64,000 nucleotides of DNA. Origin: Bugula neritina (lineage: Eukaryota > Animalia > Bryozoa). Position numbers and translations under genes: made by a program. The DNA is taken from contig OZ037771.1 in assembly GCA_964035545.1 (NCBI GenBank), positions 4,103,628 through 4,167,627 of the forward strand, written 5' to 3'. This document shows positions 1 to 13,715 of the stretch, in pieces. The notes below the pieces were generated by a model. That model saw only the letters and a program-made list of their open reading frames with translations. It was not told where the DNA came from and searched no databases. Every line of letters starts with the position of its first letter. Positions within the stretch are counted from its first letter, which is position 1.

Positions 1-1421
1 AGGAGGTGTCCTTCCTTTAGGTGCAATATTCCTTCACATCTACTTTATCCTCAACAACCTGTGGTAGGTGTCAGTTATTGCGTAGTCTGTTGTCATGTCA
101 TCTGAGCTGAGAGGGTTGTGAAAATAGTATGAAAACTTCCACATAGGAGCAGACACTAAAAAGATGTTGCAGTCACAAAACTGATTGTTTTATAAAGAAA
201 ACCTTCTTAGTTGATAAATGTAAAATGTAAATGACTACGACTCTGTATTTAAGTTTCTTTCTGAGCGATTTTAAGGCTGTGTGTTGGATGCAAAGTTTGC
301 AGTTTTCTTGTGTATTTCTGGGTCATTATAATTGAATGAAAAACGAAGTTTTTATCTCTTCTATAGACACTAAAGTTTTCATGTAGTATTGTTTTACCAG
401 CGGGAATGATATGAAACCATAATTTTAACCATCTAGCTGTCGAACCATTTGCTGCCATTCAACTTTTACCTTACATTAATGCTCCTTCTACTCCTCATTC
501 TTTCTTTCCAGCCTTTTATTACATTATTTGTATTATTTATCTATTATTTTATGTGTCCTGCAGGTTTAACCAGGTATACGACGCGTTTGGTCTGCTCCTT
601 GTTATGGTTCTGATATGTATTGTTCTCGCAATGGAGGAAGCTATTCTATTTGGTCAATTTCAGCTGCGTTTTGGAGTAAGTTGCCTTCTGCAATCTAAAT
701 GTTTCCTGCATAGCTGTAAACAACACAGTTGTGTGTATCCCTTGTATTCTCGTAAAATATTAGTTCGTGCTGATGTTTGTAGAGAGCTCATTGGTTGATT
801 ATCTGATGTTTGTAGATAACTAATTGGCATACAAGAGTTTTGGGTACAGGAGGTTTGGCTGCTCTCTATCTCTTTATTTATATCATCCATTTTTTCGTAA
901 AGAACGTCTCTTTGGTCGACTCCGTATCTAAATTTATCATCTCATCATATACTCTGATGGCCACATTTGCCTACTTCTTAGCAATGGGTGAGTAGCTCTT
1001 ATTATCGTTGGCTCTATGCGGATCGTACCTTAGCATTGTTGATTTATCATAAGTATGATAGTATTTCTCTATAAAGTGTCAAGAATTGTGATAAATTTAG
1101 TTGACCACAACACTCCAAGTGTACTAAATAATTTGTTATGTCTGTACTTGGTATTATTATTAGCTTTTTGAAACCATCTTTAGTCTTGTTCATTTGTCAT
1201 AAGTGTGATATTATTTATACATATTTCACTATAGTTTTCAGAATTATAATAAACTTTAAGTGTACTACGTTGTCCGTTACACTTATACTTGGTATGTTGT
1301 AGCATGCTGGAGTTTTCTCGCCACTTGGCTGTTTTTTAAAAGGATGCATGCTGTCGTCAGCAAAGATTTTATTCACCAACCCTTATCTCTGGAGCAGACA
1401 GAAGTTGAAGGTCAAATATAA
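1..1421 (+). CDS. Divergent TM9SF/nonaspanin family paralog, 3' part (5' end outside window)
   Basis: GT-AG exons <1-63, 564-675, 816-987, 1303-1421 join in phase to GGVLPLGAIFLHIYFILNNLW-FNQVYDAFGLLLVMVLICIV...-ITNWHTRVLGTGGLAALYLFIYIIHFF...-ACWSFLATWLFLKRMHAVVSKDFIHQPLSLEQTEVEGQI*. This is collinear with the C-terminal TM helices of the TM9SF2 gene downstream ([21 protein letters not shown]...). Confidence 0.85.
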
Positions 1422-2174
1422 TCAAAGTCAGATGTTATTTGTTAATGCATACATGTTTATTTTTTAATATAATATTTAATTTGTTACAGCATTATATGAT
1501 TTTATATGATTCAGGTATACATTTATTTTTACATGATGCAGGTATATAATATCTGTATGCATCTTCCAATTTGTGCTTAGATTGTCTCTACTATTTACTG
1601 TTTATATTACTATTTTAGTTGTAAATTTTATCTACACTTCAAGTTAAAAAATGTGATATGGGAATTGCAGGTCTAACATAGAAATGTAGCATAGTGTAAA
1701 TAATGTTGCTACAACTGTCAAACTATACTGGAGAATATTATTGTTTGCTATACTCATTTATTTATTTTCATAACTAATACAATTTTTATTACATCATCAT
1801 CATAGGGTTTCCTTGCATGATAAATTTGTTGCATTTTTCATTTATGAGATCATTTCTTGTAATATTATTACATGTTCTGGTCAAAACAGGAAATAAGTGA
1901 TGTAATAGTTTTAGCTATTTATTAGTTTAAATAATTATAATTGATATTATTTGACCAAAATTCAACAAATGATAAACAATTGACTAGTTTGTGTAACAGC
2001 TTATGTTTGCTGCTTTAATATTAGCTTTTCAACAAATCATAAAACAATAGAACATAAAGTTTACTATATAACTGATACTACATATAACTTTGGAATACAT
2101 TATCGTCATGAGCAATTAATCCAGATTCTGGGCAGAGCTTTTAGAAAACTGATCGGTCAAAGTTCAGATACGCT

Positions 2175-4356
2175 TCAAAAAAGCTGCCAGTAATACATAA
2201 ACCGCATCCATCTGCAAGACCACCAGATGATGGGCTTAGTTATATTAAAGAACTTGTACAGAGTGCGTCTGAAGAAGCCAGCTGATTTTGGTTTTACACA
2301 ATCGCCAGAATCACCAACACATACTTCAGTATCAGACTTTTCTATATCGGAGATAAATGGAGATATCGGCATAGCCGAGCCGACAGACTCCAATTCACTG
2401 CTGTCTCCTCCAGCCATCCCCGGATGCCAAGTCCGCATTCGTCTGGGAGTTGGAGGTCTGTTCTGGCACCTAATAGCACAATAAAACACACAATATAATC
2501 TAATTTCAATTCATATAGTTGGCATGACCTGAGTGTTGAGCTCAAATTTTCAATTGTTGACTTTGAGTTTTTGCTCAATATACAGTTTGCAAGTTTGCTG
2601 ATAGGTAGATATCAGTTAAAAGTGTGCTGATTAGCAGATGCGGACTCTTGTGCCCGATGCGTTTTTCACTTGTCGTGACGCTCAGGCACTCGCCCCAGTG
2701 CCCTCACTGCAAGCGCTATATATAGTTGCTTCTGGCAGATCTTTTTGTTATAACTCGCAGACATTTTACAAACAATGATGGGGTAAGGAAAGATTACATA
2801 GTTTTAGACTCTAGAGTAACAGATATTACAGCTTTACTATTCACCTATTATTTCTCCTTCGGAGAGTCACCGGGGTTGATGTGGGGGGAATCGGAGTTTC
2901 AGTTACCAGCGGAGAGGCTGGTGCTGGCTGAGTAACGTTTCTACTACTCTTTACTTTACTCCTCTTATCTTTCTTCGCGTACACAGGAGGTGGCACAAGC
3001 GTATAGTTCACAGGCCTCGAGTCATTGATTTGTTTCATATTTTGTTTGAGCAATCGTGGGTCTAGCGTTTTCTTACATCTTGAAGGTGCAGGTTGTTTTG
3101 GCAACTTCCTAAAAGAGGTATTTAGATATACGTATACCTATCAATAAACATTCAAACACTCTGCTACAAAGAATACTACTCAGGCTAGTTGAAGGACAAA
3201 ATGAATATATTGTTGGTTATAGCAAATTAATTGACTATTCATTAAAACAACTATGCCCCACAGTGAGTCGAACCTGAGACTTGCTAACCATTACACCACA
3301 GGGGCTACTGGATAATCTCATTTCTATAGTAGCCACCATTTCTAGGCAGTTCATTGGTAACCAGTTGAACATTAATTAGTTGCAAAGGAAAATTGGACTG
3401 TTTTTCTGCACTGAACAATTATCTTATATACATTTACTGTATACTTATGTTTGACTTACTTTCTACTTTTCTTCTTTCGGATGGTCATCATTGCGGATGT
3501 GGAAGGAATTGGAGTTTCGGTGGCTAACAGAATAACAGAAGATGAGTCATCGCTACGTCCACCATCCTCACTGCTGACTCTGTTATCACCATCGATATCT
3601 GATACGCAAGCTGACATGGGCATGGATTTGACGCTTTCGGGATCACTGACCTCTTCCTCATCCTCCATTCCTGGATGCCAAGTCCTGAGCCGTCTTGTTG
3701 GGAGAGCCTGTTGTTGAGGGCTGCAAAGATGAAAGCAAAATATAGGAAAATATATAAAAAAAAAATTTTTGCAGTCTCATCGTTTTCTTGTTAACTTTCA
3801 TAGTTGTTGAATAAAGTGTAACAGATATTTGATGATATCAGTGTGGTAAATTAACTCTTCTAGCATTCGTAAAACTACAATCACTGCTTTGAGTCATGAT
3901 ATGTAACAGTTTTTTAAATTTTTAAAACAAAAAAAAAATTAAAATAGATTCAAACATTCGGCTTAATAATTTATACTATATATATGTGCTTTGGTATTAC
4001 AATATTGCTAGTATAGACTCACGTGCTATTCCCCATACCATAGGCGGATAGACCGAGCATGAGCACGGAGGACAGTATTGGACCAATTCCAAGCTGAAAT
4101 CAAAATGCTATCCTTAGTTAAGACAAATAAATTTTACTTAGTACACTGCATGGTTATATACAACTTACATTTATGCAGCGCTATTAATGGTGAGCTCTAT
4201 TTAAAACTGATGCATATGCATATGATAAATTTGTAGCTCTACAAAAGAGTTACAGCTGAAGCAGATATAAAAATTAGATGCAATGTTGTATAAATACAAC
4301 GAGAGAATTAAATATAGGCCAAAGCAAGATAATAGATTAAATCAACTTACCTGCAT
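2175..4356 (-). CDS. Unknown ~298-aa protein with hydrophobic N-terminus and duplicated RTWHPGM and ETPIP motifs
   Basis: Phase-compatible GT-AG exons 4356-4351, 4093-4023, 3720-3460, 3108-2845, 2469-2175 (897 nt) give MQLGIGPILSSVLMLGLSAYGMGNSTPQQQALPTRRLRTWHPGMEDEEE... No family recognised; start exon and terminal exon choice are uncertain. Confidence 0.65.
3254..3305 (-). pseudogene. tRNA-derived remnant / SINE head lacking the anticodon arm
   Basis: Minus strand reads GCCCCTG-TGGTGTAATGGTTAGCA-AGTCTCAGGTTCGACTCACTG-TGGGGCA: A-box, B-box (GGTTCGACTC) and paired GCCCC/GGGGC ends, but only 52 nt long. Confidence 0.55.
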
Positions 4357-5393
4357 CCTGACAGACACAACACAGTTTTAGTTCAACAAGAGTTAGATAA
4401 TAATAATACGCAAGTTTACAATATTTTCAAAGCAATCAGAAGAAAATTAGCTGCAGAATTCACATTAAACGAAGTTTGAGCTGAATTCAACAATCGGAAT
4501 GCAACAATGCAGCAGTCATGGAAGCCATTTCTAATTGTTGAAATTACTAACACTGGCCACTGTTAAAAATATTTTTCCTTATATGGTAATTCTAGTGTTG
4601 GTATATTATTACTCATTATAACTATATATAATAGCATATATTACATATCTAGTAGCATTATAATATAAGATGATATATAAAATTATATACATATATATAG
4701 AAATGTACATAGTGGGATAAAAGTGCTACTTAGCTATGCTCAAGCTGCATAATTGCAACTGCAATGTCAATTTTTTTCAAAATTTATAGTGAATATTTGT
4801 TTTATTAAAATATTCATAGTATCGCTTTAGATCTGTTAAGTGTGTAAGGATATTATATTTAAGATTCATACAGGCAGTATTAAAAAATGTTATATATACG
4901 CAGTATTTCATCATATTATTTGTATTTAAATTTGTTAAATCAATTTAAGGCATTGTCATAGGTGCAATAAATCAATAACTGAATAAAGTTATAAAATATT
5001 ATATCAGATGCAAAAAATATTTGTTATATAGAGTTATCTCCCGCACAAAAATATAACTTGCAAACAGGTTTCGCAATTTGTCGACTTGGGTGAAGAATTT
5101 TCTTCTAGACTTCATGGTTTAGTTAACACTGCGGGTACGATAGAAGAAATTGTGGACATTGACTAAAAAGCGTTTAATAATACGATTTAATACTAGGTAT
5201 TGATGTCTATTGAAGATACATTAGCCTTCGTTCCAACGCATAAGCAAGTTTGACATCATGACGTTGTCATGAATGATGTTTGAACGCTTTCGGGAAATTA
5301 TTTCTATTGGTATGGGAGGATTGTGACTGAACTTTTTCATCGTTCAGTTAAATTAAGACATTTATATTTAAGAATAAGTATACTTGCACAAAA

Positions 5394-8300
5394 ATGCTTC
5401 TAAAAGCATCTTTAGTTTTTTATTGTGCAATTCAAATGGTTCAGACTTTTTATCTTCCAGGTCTGGCCCCAAACACTTATTGTGACCTGGACTCAGATGG
5501 AAAGGAAATTGAAGGATGTGCGGTAGGTTTTTGAACCTATAAGTAATTAACTTTGAATTACAATCAATTATATTGGTATTTAATATTTATGATTTGACAT
5601 TAAACTGGATATTTAACGTACTTTACAAGGCTTGTGTTTAATAATAGTGCCAGTAGTGTAGCTAACGCTTCAAGTTTAACTTCAAGTTCAGCTTATAGTT
5701 TAAGTTATACTTATAGTTATTAGTATTACATTTAATTTTACAATTTAAATTATTATTTCAATTTATATTATGTTTCTAGCTGTAAATTGCTAAAAGTAAG
5801 AGTAAGTCAGTAAAAATTTTACATTTGCGATTAGTTCTTTTAAAACTTTAGCTTTAGTTCATTCATCCTAGTCATCATGATCATCACCATGATGATGAAG
5901 CTAAACCATGTTCAATTACTAATACTATTAGTAGGCTATTACTATTACTATTGGTTCAAATTTAAGTTTAAGAATCATGCTGATGCTGATAGTTATAGTA
6001 ATACTCATAATGATACTCATATTTGGTATTATGACTTATTACTAGCATAGAGATCTATAGTATTTACAATGGTTTTTATTTATTTTTTATTTATTACTAT
6101 TAGTAGAACTGTAGTGCTAAACAAATTGACCCTGCAGTAGTTTTCAAAACTTCTGTTATTTTAAATAGTGACTTTTGGCTACAATTATTTTAAAAATGGA
6201 GTCTCACTGGTTAAATTATATCACTAAGGTAATATTAGTATACAGTATACACATTAGTATAATTAAATTTTTATTAATTAAACTATCACTACTGCAATGT
6301 GTTAGTGTTAAGTATTCTTACAGTTAATTATTATAATATATATTTATATCATACATGTCAATTTATAATTAAATACAATATATTTTTGGGCCTATTATAG
6401 AGTTTATGGAAATTATTTAGGATTAAGTCAATTTCTACGTTCTATGAAATCATTCTAATAGTAATTTATTATAAATATGTTAGTTTATTTTTATTATGAA
6501 ATTTTTCCATATTTAAACTTTTAGCGTCAACATCCAGTAAAATTTTTAGCTATTTGATAAAATAGTGTATTGCAATAATTGTTTATTTTATAGAATGTAA
6601 TAAAAGTTTATGCAAACAGACTAGATTCAGAAAAATCTGTGTTGCCATTTGATTATAGAAGGTGAGTAATCTGTGTGTATTTAGGTTGATTTGCTGAGTT
6701 CTAGAATGCTGACCTGGTTTTAACAAATAAATAAATACTTTAAACAATATAAAGATATAAATTCTAAAAGTTTCAGTTGTTAAATATGTTTTGAGCTACT
6801 ATGTGAATTAGTTTTTTGTGTGTTTTAATAGTCAGTAGTAAATCGATAAAATCCTCTATGCATGTTTTCACAGTACATAAATGCACAGCGTGACTCTTTC
6901 GTATGACTGAACATTAGTCACAGCTCCTGTCATGTCATCACCAGAGTTTCATGGTGACTATTTTAGGGTGTTTATTTGTTGGAACCTTTTTTTACAAAAA
7001 GAACTTCTTAGTTACAATGTGTGTTTAAAAAGGGTTTGTGTTACTTTATGCATTTTCAAATAAAATGTAGCTGTTTCAAGTGGTTGAACTGTTGCAGATT
7101 TCCCTTCTGCAAAGCTAATGGTGGACCTCGTCCTACAGAAAACCTGGGACAGGTGTTGTTTGGAGAGAGACTGACCCCTGCACCCATCAACGTTAGTCCC
7201 TCAGTTACTATATTTTTCATCAGTTGGCTGTCTACTGAATATAGTCACTCTTATAACCAGTATTGCCTTTGATTATGAATTACTCATTCTGTATATTGCA
7301 GCTTTTGTCTATAAATTAGCATATTGACCATCAATGCCGGCTTACTAAGGTTTTGTTTTGTTTTTGAATTGAAAGGTATCTATAGCTCATTGAAGTTACA
7401 TTCACCAGCAACTTGAGTGCAAAATTACTTTGCCCAATAATTATTCTCACAACGGGTGCCCTACTTGCACCAGATGCTGGAGAAGTTGAGATTTAGTCAT
7501 AGTAAAAAATGTTTATATTTTCTTTGTAATTATGACAGGATTTCCTGTTTTTAAGATAGGAATTAGTTTGCAGAGTAAGTTTAATAGTTTTCGGGCAACA
7601 AATTAATTAATGATCACTAGCTCAATACCAGGCAACTTCTCACATTATCAATATTTGTGAGAAGGACATCGTTTTTCATGCCTCATGTGTTAAATCACCA
7701 ATTTTGTTGCCCATTTGATATATGCTATTTAATAACACTAAATGCTTCATTTTTTAATCTTTTTTTTTTTTGTAACCAATAACATCGTGTAGTTTGTATT
7801 TGCTTGATTTTTGGACCCTTTTGCATTTTAATGGTGATTTTGCAGCTGGAGTATCGTAAACAAGTAGCGTGCAATGTCATATGTGAGAAGGAAATGATAA
7901 TTCCAGGGTCAGATAAGTCTAAGAACACTGATAAATCTAAAATGGCTGATATAAAATCATCTCAACTTTTGATGAGAGCCATTCAGTTGAACTACCAACA
8001 ACACTGGTTAGTGGAATTATGATTTTATATTTAGTATTAGTTATTCTTATTATAGTATGATATATCATTTAGTTAATGCAACCCATGCTGTAGGAAACTG
8101 CATTTTAGTCATATAATGGTATGGGTTTTTCTGATGAATTTGATTTCCTTTGGTAGATGGATTGACTTGTGTATATTATGCATATCTGAGATATTGCTTG
8201 CTATATGCAGGGGTCACATGATTCAGTCTCTTACAGATTAAGCTCTACAAATACTGTAACATATCTTCACATACATTGTGCTGCACAAGATTGAATTATG

Positions 8301-10780
8301 AATTATGAATAGAGGATATGTAACTTGCTTTGTTTTCGTACAATTTCTTAGTTGAACAACCTCTGCTGAAATATATTTATTCCTACAGCAGTAGTTGTAG
8401 TCTAGACTAGGCTATTTAGGAGAAGTAGTGGAGAAATTTGGATAGCCCAAGCTCTTTAAATTTGTTTATAAACTTTGGTTTGGGGTGTGGGTTAAAATTT
8501 TTGCGATAGCATAACTTATTTTGCTACATTTCTAATCTAGAACACAGGCTTTTCTCAATTTCTCCATTACTGCATCTACCTCAACTGGCCATTAGACATC
8601 AGCTATAGTTACTCCTGCATTAGTTAGATAGTATCTATTAACTTGGGTTGAATCTGTAAACAGCATTTCTAAAGGCATTGTTTTCTCCACCCAATAAGTG
8701 GCATGTGAAGAATATCACAATAATGCATTCTGTTTTGTTGCTCTATAGTGTATGTTTTTGTTTGTGGTTTGTAGGATTGCAGACAATTTACCTGCCGTTT
8801 TTTGCTATAAAGTCCAGCCTAAAATGAATGGACCAATAGTAACTCATTGTGATCGCTCGTTTCCTATTGGCTGTTATGTGGCTGAAAAAGGAGAGCAAAG
8901 GGATTTCTGTAACTCAGATGTAAGCAGCTGTAGATGTTAGGACTGTTAGTTTGTAAATTATTTCGTGTGATTACAAACACATCCGTATGCAAAATTTCAA
9001 ACAGACAGATATATTGTAAATTTGTTTTTACAACTTTCAGTAGAACAAAAAGTTGTAATGTAAGCTTTGTTCTCTTTTTCTTTTACAATAGTTACAAAAT
9101 TTTAACTAATGTTTTACTTTTAGTTTGTCCGATTAGATGTATTTTAATAGAAATGCTAAGTACTTCGATTATCTTGCTGTTTATACTCAGAATGTAAAGC
9201 TAATTTTATGGTGTCTTCTTTCTCAGAAGTTTATATCAAGTTTAAATTGATGTGAAACATGACTATATCGTAATTTCAATTGGAGTTTCTTAATAAGTGA
9301 CCCACCATATCTTTATGTAACTGGCCGGACTGTCTGTAACCAACAGCATATACCTTTCAGATTGGTCGTTATACAGAAGAGAAAGCTTTCTATCTATTCA
9401 ATCACTTAGACATTGTCATCACTTACCACCCTGCTGGTGATAAGTCCGAGTGGTTGTCTACCCTTCCTGATGGAGCTAAGGAAAGAAATCCTGGTAGAAT
9501 AATAGATATCAGAGTGACTGTCAGCAGGTATGTGCTGCTCCAGTATATAGGTCACATGCACTTCCTGTGTAAATTCAACTATTTCTTTCAACTTCTCAAT
9601 ACTTTTAGTCGAGCAAGTTGCTTTTTTAATATTGAAGCAGAAGCAAGCAATTGTTTTCTCCTGTTTTAACTGTTATATCAGGAGCTGTAGTCTGGGTTTA
9701 ATAGTGAATATGTTCTTTTGTCTAGCGTTGATCAAAAATTAAAAAAAGTCAAGGATCAGCCAACAACCTGTGAAATTTACAAGGAGACGCCTCCTCAATT
9801 CTTTAAAAGAGATCAGGGACCAAAGACTAAGACTGTTGCCTACTCGTACTCTGTATCTTGGGTGGTAAGTAAATGGTGCTGGTGTCTTGCAGAACGCTGC
9901 CTAGGTCACGTGTAGTCAGCATCTGTGTTCAGTGCTTCAAATCTGCATGTGTTTACCCGCTAATGTATTTTCTTCAATGGCTGACTTTTTAGATCCCAGA
10001 AATTCTTACTCATGTGGCCTCAGTTCACTGAGCAAACGAAACATAAAATGCAAAGAAAATTGTTTGAGTTTGATTTTTTCTGTTTTAACTGTTTCAACTA
10101 GTTTTTTGTCTGTTTAAGGGACGCATTTTGAATACTTATTTCTCACCTAATCGACTGCGGTCCTGCACTTGTAAGTCATAATGTTTATAGCTACCAGTGC
10201 AGGTCTTATCACCAACTTGAATCAGTGGTTACGGTTTTATCGATATTTTACTATTTTTGTTTCTTATAACAGCACTACTACAATATTCGACTAATGAGTC
10301 TTTTTCGTTGATTTAATTTCGAATAGTTGATTTCCAATACAACATGAAACACCCTCTCTGTTGTAGGGAAACGAGACAGTCAAGTGGTCCTCCAGGTGGG
10401 ATTACATTCTCAACAGCCTGCAGGAAGGGGAGATTCAGTGGTTTCAGATCCTCAACTCACTGGTCATTGTGATTTTTATGTCTGGGATGATTGCAATGAT
10501 TCTACTACGTACTCTGCATAGAGACATCGCTAGATACAACATGGAGAGTGTGGTGAGTCTCACACTGTTACAACAAGACCTCGCTGGTCTTGATTGTATT
10601 TAAAGTAAAGTACTTGAGATTGATTTCTTTAACTGAGTTTTCCAGCAGTCTATATGCTTCATATTATGCCTTCATCTAAAGCTCAATGACGTTGCATATC
10701 TTATGGGTTCAGTTTTGATCATTTTTGCCATTTGTTTCTGCTTTCAATTCTTCTAGAGGTATTTGAAAGCAGTATACACT

Positions 10781-10834
<54 letters not shown>

Positions 10835-13646
10835 AAATAACCAAACTGGATCTGTTGTAGGAAGATGCTCAAGAAGAATTTGGCTGGAAGCTGGTACATG
10901 GGGATGTTTTCAGACCACCAGCAAAGGGAATGCTTCTCTCCGTCTTCCTTGGCAATGGTGTTCAACTCTTCTTTATGACATTAATCACTTTGTGTGAGTA
11001 TAACACGTGTTGGCCATTTTATGGCTAATCTGCCATCTTGTGGCTGATTTTAATGGTTTGTGGTGTGACTGTTATGTGTATCTAGAATAAATAACTAGAC
11101 TTTTCTCTTGGGCAAGCTTTTCATTTAAGATTACACTAAAAAGAGTTCACTTGCACCAGTCTTGAACTGTTATAGAATATAAATGGTTAAACTAATGAGA
11201 AGAACTTATCTACACTAATAAGTTTGGCCTCCCTTTTTGCTAAGCATTTCTCACATAACATATCGTGTAATTGCCATTGCGTTGCTCACTCAACATAATA
11301 TACCTGTAATCACTGAACTGAAACTATAACACTGGGGTTATAGTTCAATGCCTGTAATATATTTCAACTAACATAGGGTGAAGGTTACAAATGTGTGTAG
11401 CTGGTAAATGATGTACATAGACTTGTATAATAGTAGATATGTCATTTCCTTGCCGCTATTGGTTTGGGTCTGCTATAATATTCCTTTCTTATTCCATTAG
11501 TGCCACTCTTACATTCATATCTCCTTCACCATTCTATATGTACCCATATTTGTGTCTACTTTTTTAATTTTTTACTATGAACCACTAATGGAGGAACCAA
11601 TTTTTATTGGCAGCAGCCCTGTTGTGTTGGCGGCAGCCATGTTTTATTGGCGGCAGCCATGTTGTATATCAACAACAACTACTCTTGTAGTTTTTGCCTG
11701 CCTTGGATTCCTCTCCCCTGCTAACCGAGGGTTCCTCATGACCTGTGCTGTCGTCTGCTATGTTCTTATGGGCACTCCGGCTGGCTACTCGTCTGCCAGA
11801 ATATACAAAATGTTTGGTGGAGAGAAATGGAAGTCTAACGTTTTACTAACAGCATTCTTGGTCCCAGGGTGAGTCTAGACAGGAGTGATTTGCTGTAACC
11901 ACGTGTGATTGGTTAAAACCAGGTGGTATACTGAGATGAGATGCTGTATGGTTGTACAAACAGTGAACACAATTAATTTTGTTCATTGAAAGGTGTTGAG
12001 CAATGCAGCTTTAGAGTAGATTTCTCTGTAAATGAGACAATGTGCTTTTGAGAATGGCACAGCTCCACTAATTGCGATACGATACAATATATATGCAATA
12101 TACGATACAATATATTGCGGTTATAGGGTATTTGTCTGCTTTTAGCAGCTGAGTGGTAATGAGTTTGCTGATGTGGTCAGTAGTAAGCTGGTCGAAGGGT
12201 GTCTGTCTGTCTGTCTGTCTGTCTGTCTGCTGATGCATTGTGGTGAATGTAATTACAATAGAGTCCAACCAGACTGTGTGTTGATGTATACTTCTCTTGT
12301 AGATTGGTGTTTGGCTGTTTCTTCCTACTGAACCTGGTATTGTGGGGTGAAGGAAGTAGTGCCGCCATGCCTTTCGGCACTCTCGTCGCCATCTTGGCTC
12401 TGTGGTTTTGTGTTTCTGCGCCTCTTACTTTCATTGGGGCATACTTTGGCTTCAAGAGATCCGTAAGTTATCTCCGTGTCATACAGAAGTGTCCATTTTG
12501 TCTTTCACGACTTGCAAAGTTCCAATTTACTGTATCTATAGTACTCTAAGGTAATGATATACCTGATGGACAATCACAAGCCTGATCTGTGTGACATATC
12601 GGCTAACATTGATTAGTAGCAGCTAATGATCATCATTTATTAATAATTTATGGTTTGCTCCGCATTATTTTACTGGTTATGTCATTCACACCATCAGTGA
12701 TTATGAAAATTAAATTATTATGTATATTTAGTATAGTTCTACTTGTAAATTGTGTTTTTATCTATTACATGCCCTATTACTATATTACTATACACTATTA
12801 CCTACAGTATTACTATATGCTATTACCTACAGTATTACTATACACTATTACCTACAGCTTTACTATACGCTATTACCTACAGTATTACTATACACTATTA
12901 CCTACAGTATTACTATACACTATTACCTAAAGTATTACTATACGTTATTACCTACAGTATTACTATATACTATTGCCTACAGTGTTACTATACGCTATTA
13001 CCTACAGTATTACTATACACTATTACCTACAGTATTACTATACACTATTACCTAAAGTATTACTATACGTTATTACCTACAGTATTACTATATACTATTG
13101 CCTACAGTGTTACTATACGCTATTACCTACAGTATTACTATACACTATTACCTACAGTATTACTATACGCTATTACTTACAGTATTACTATACGCTATTA
13201 CCTACAGTATTACTATACACTATTACCTACAGTATTACTATACACTATTACCTACAGTGTTACTATACACTATTACCTACAGTATTACTATACGCTATTA
13301 CCTACAGTATTACTATACGCTATTACCTACAGTATTACTATACACTATTACCTACAGTATTACTATACACTATTACCTACAGCATCACTATTCTGTATTT
13401 CTTTCAGCCAATTGAAAACCCTGTGAGAACCAATCAAATTCCTCGCCAGGTGCCCCCACAGTCCTGCTATACAAGGCCGCTGCCCGGTGTCCTCATGGGG
13501 GCCATCTTGCCTTTCGGGTGTATTTTCCTGCAGCTCTACTTTATTCTCAACAGCATCTGGTAGGTTCATGACTTCTTGTGCACACCTACACAGTATATAC
13601 ATATTACACAGTAAATATATATATACACAGTAACTACATATACACA

Positions 13647-13715
<69 letters not shown>

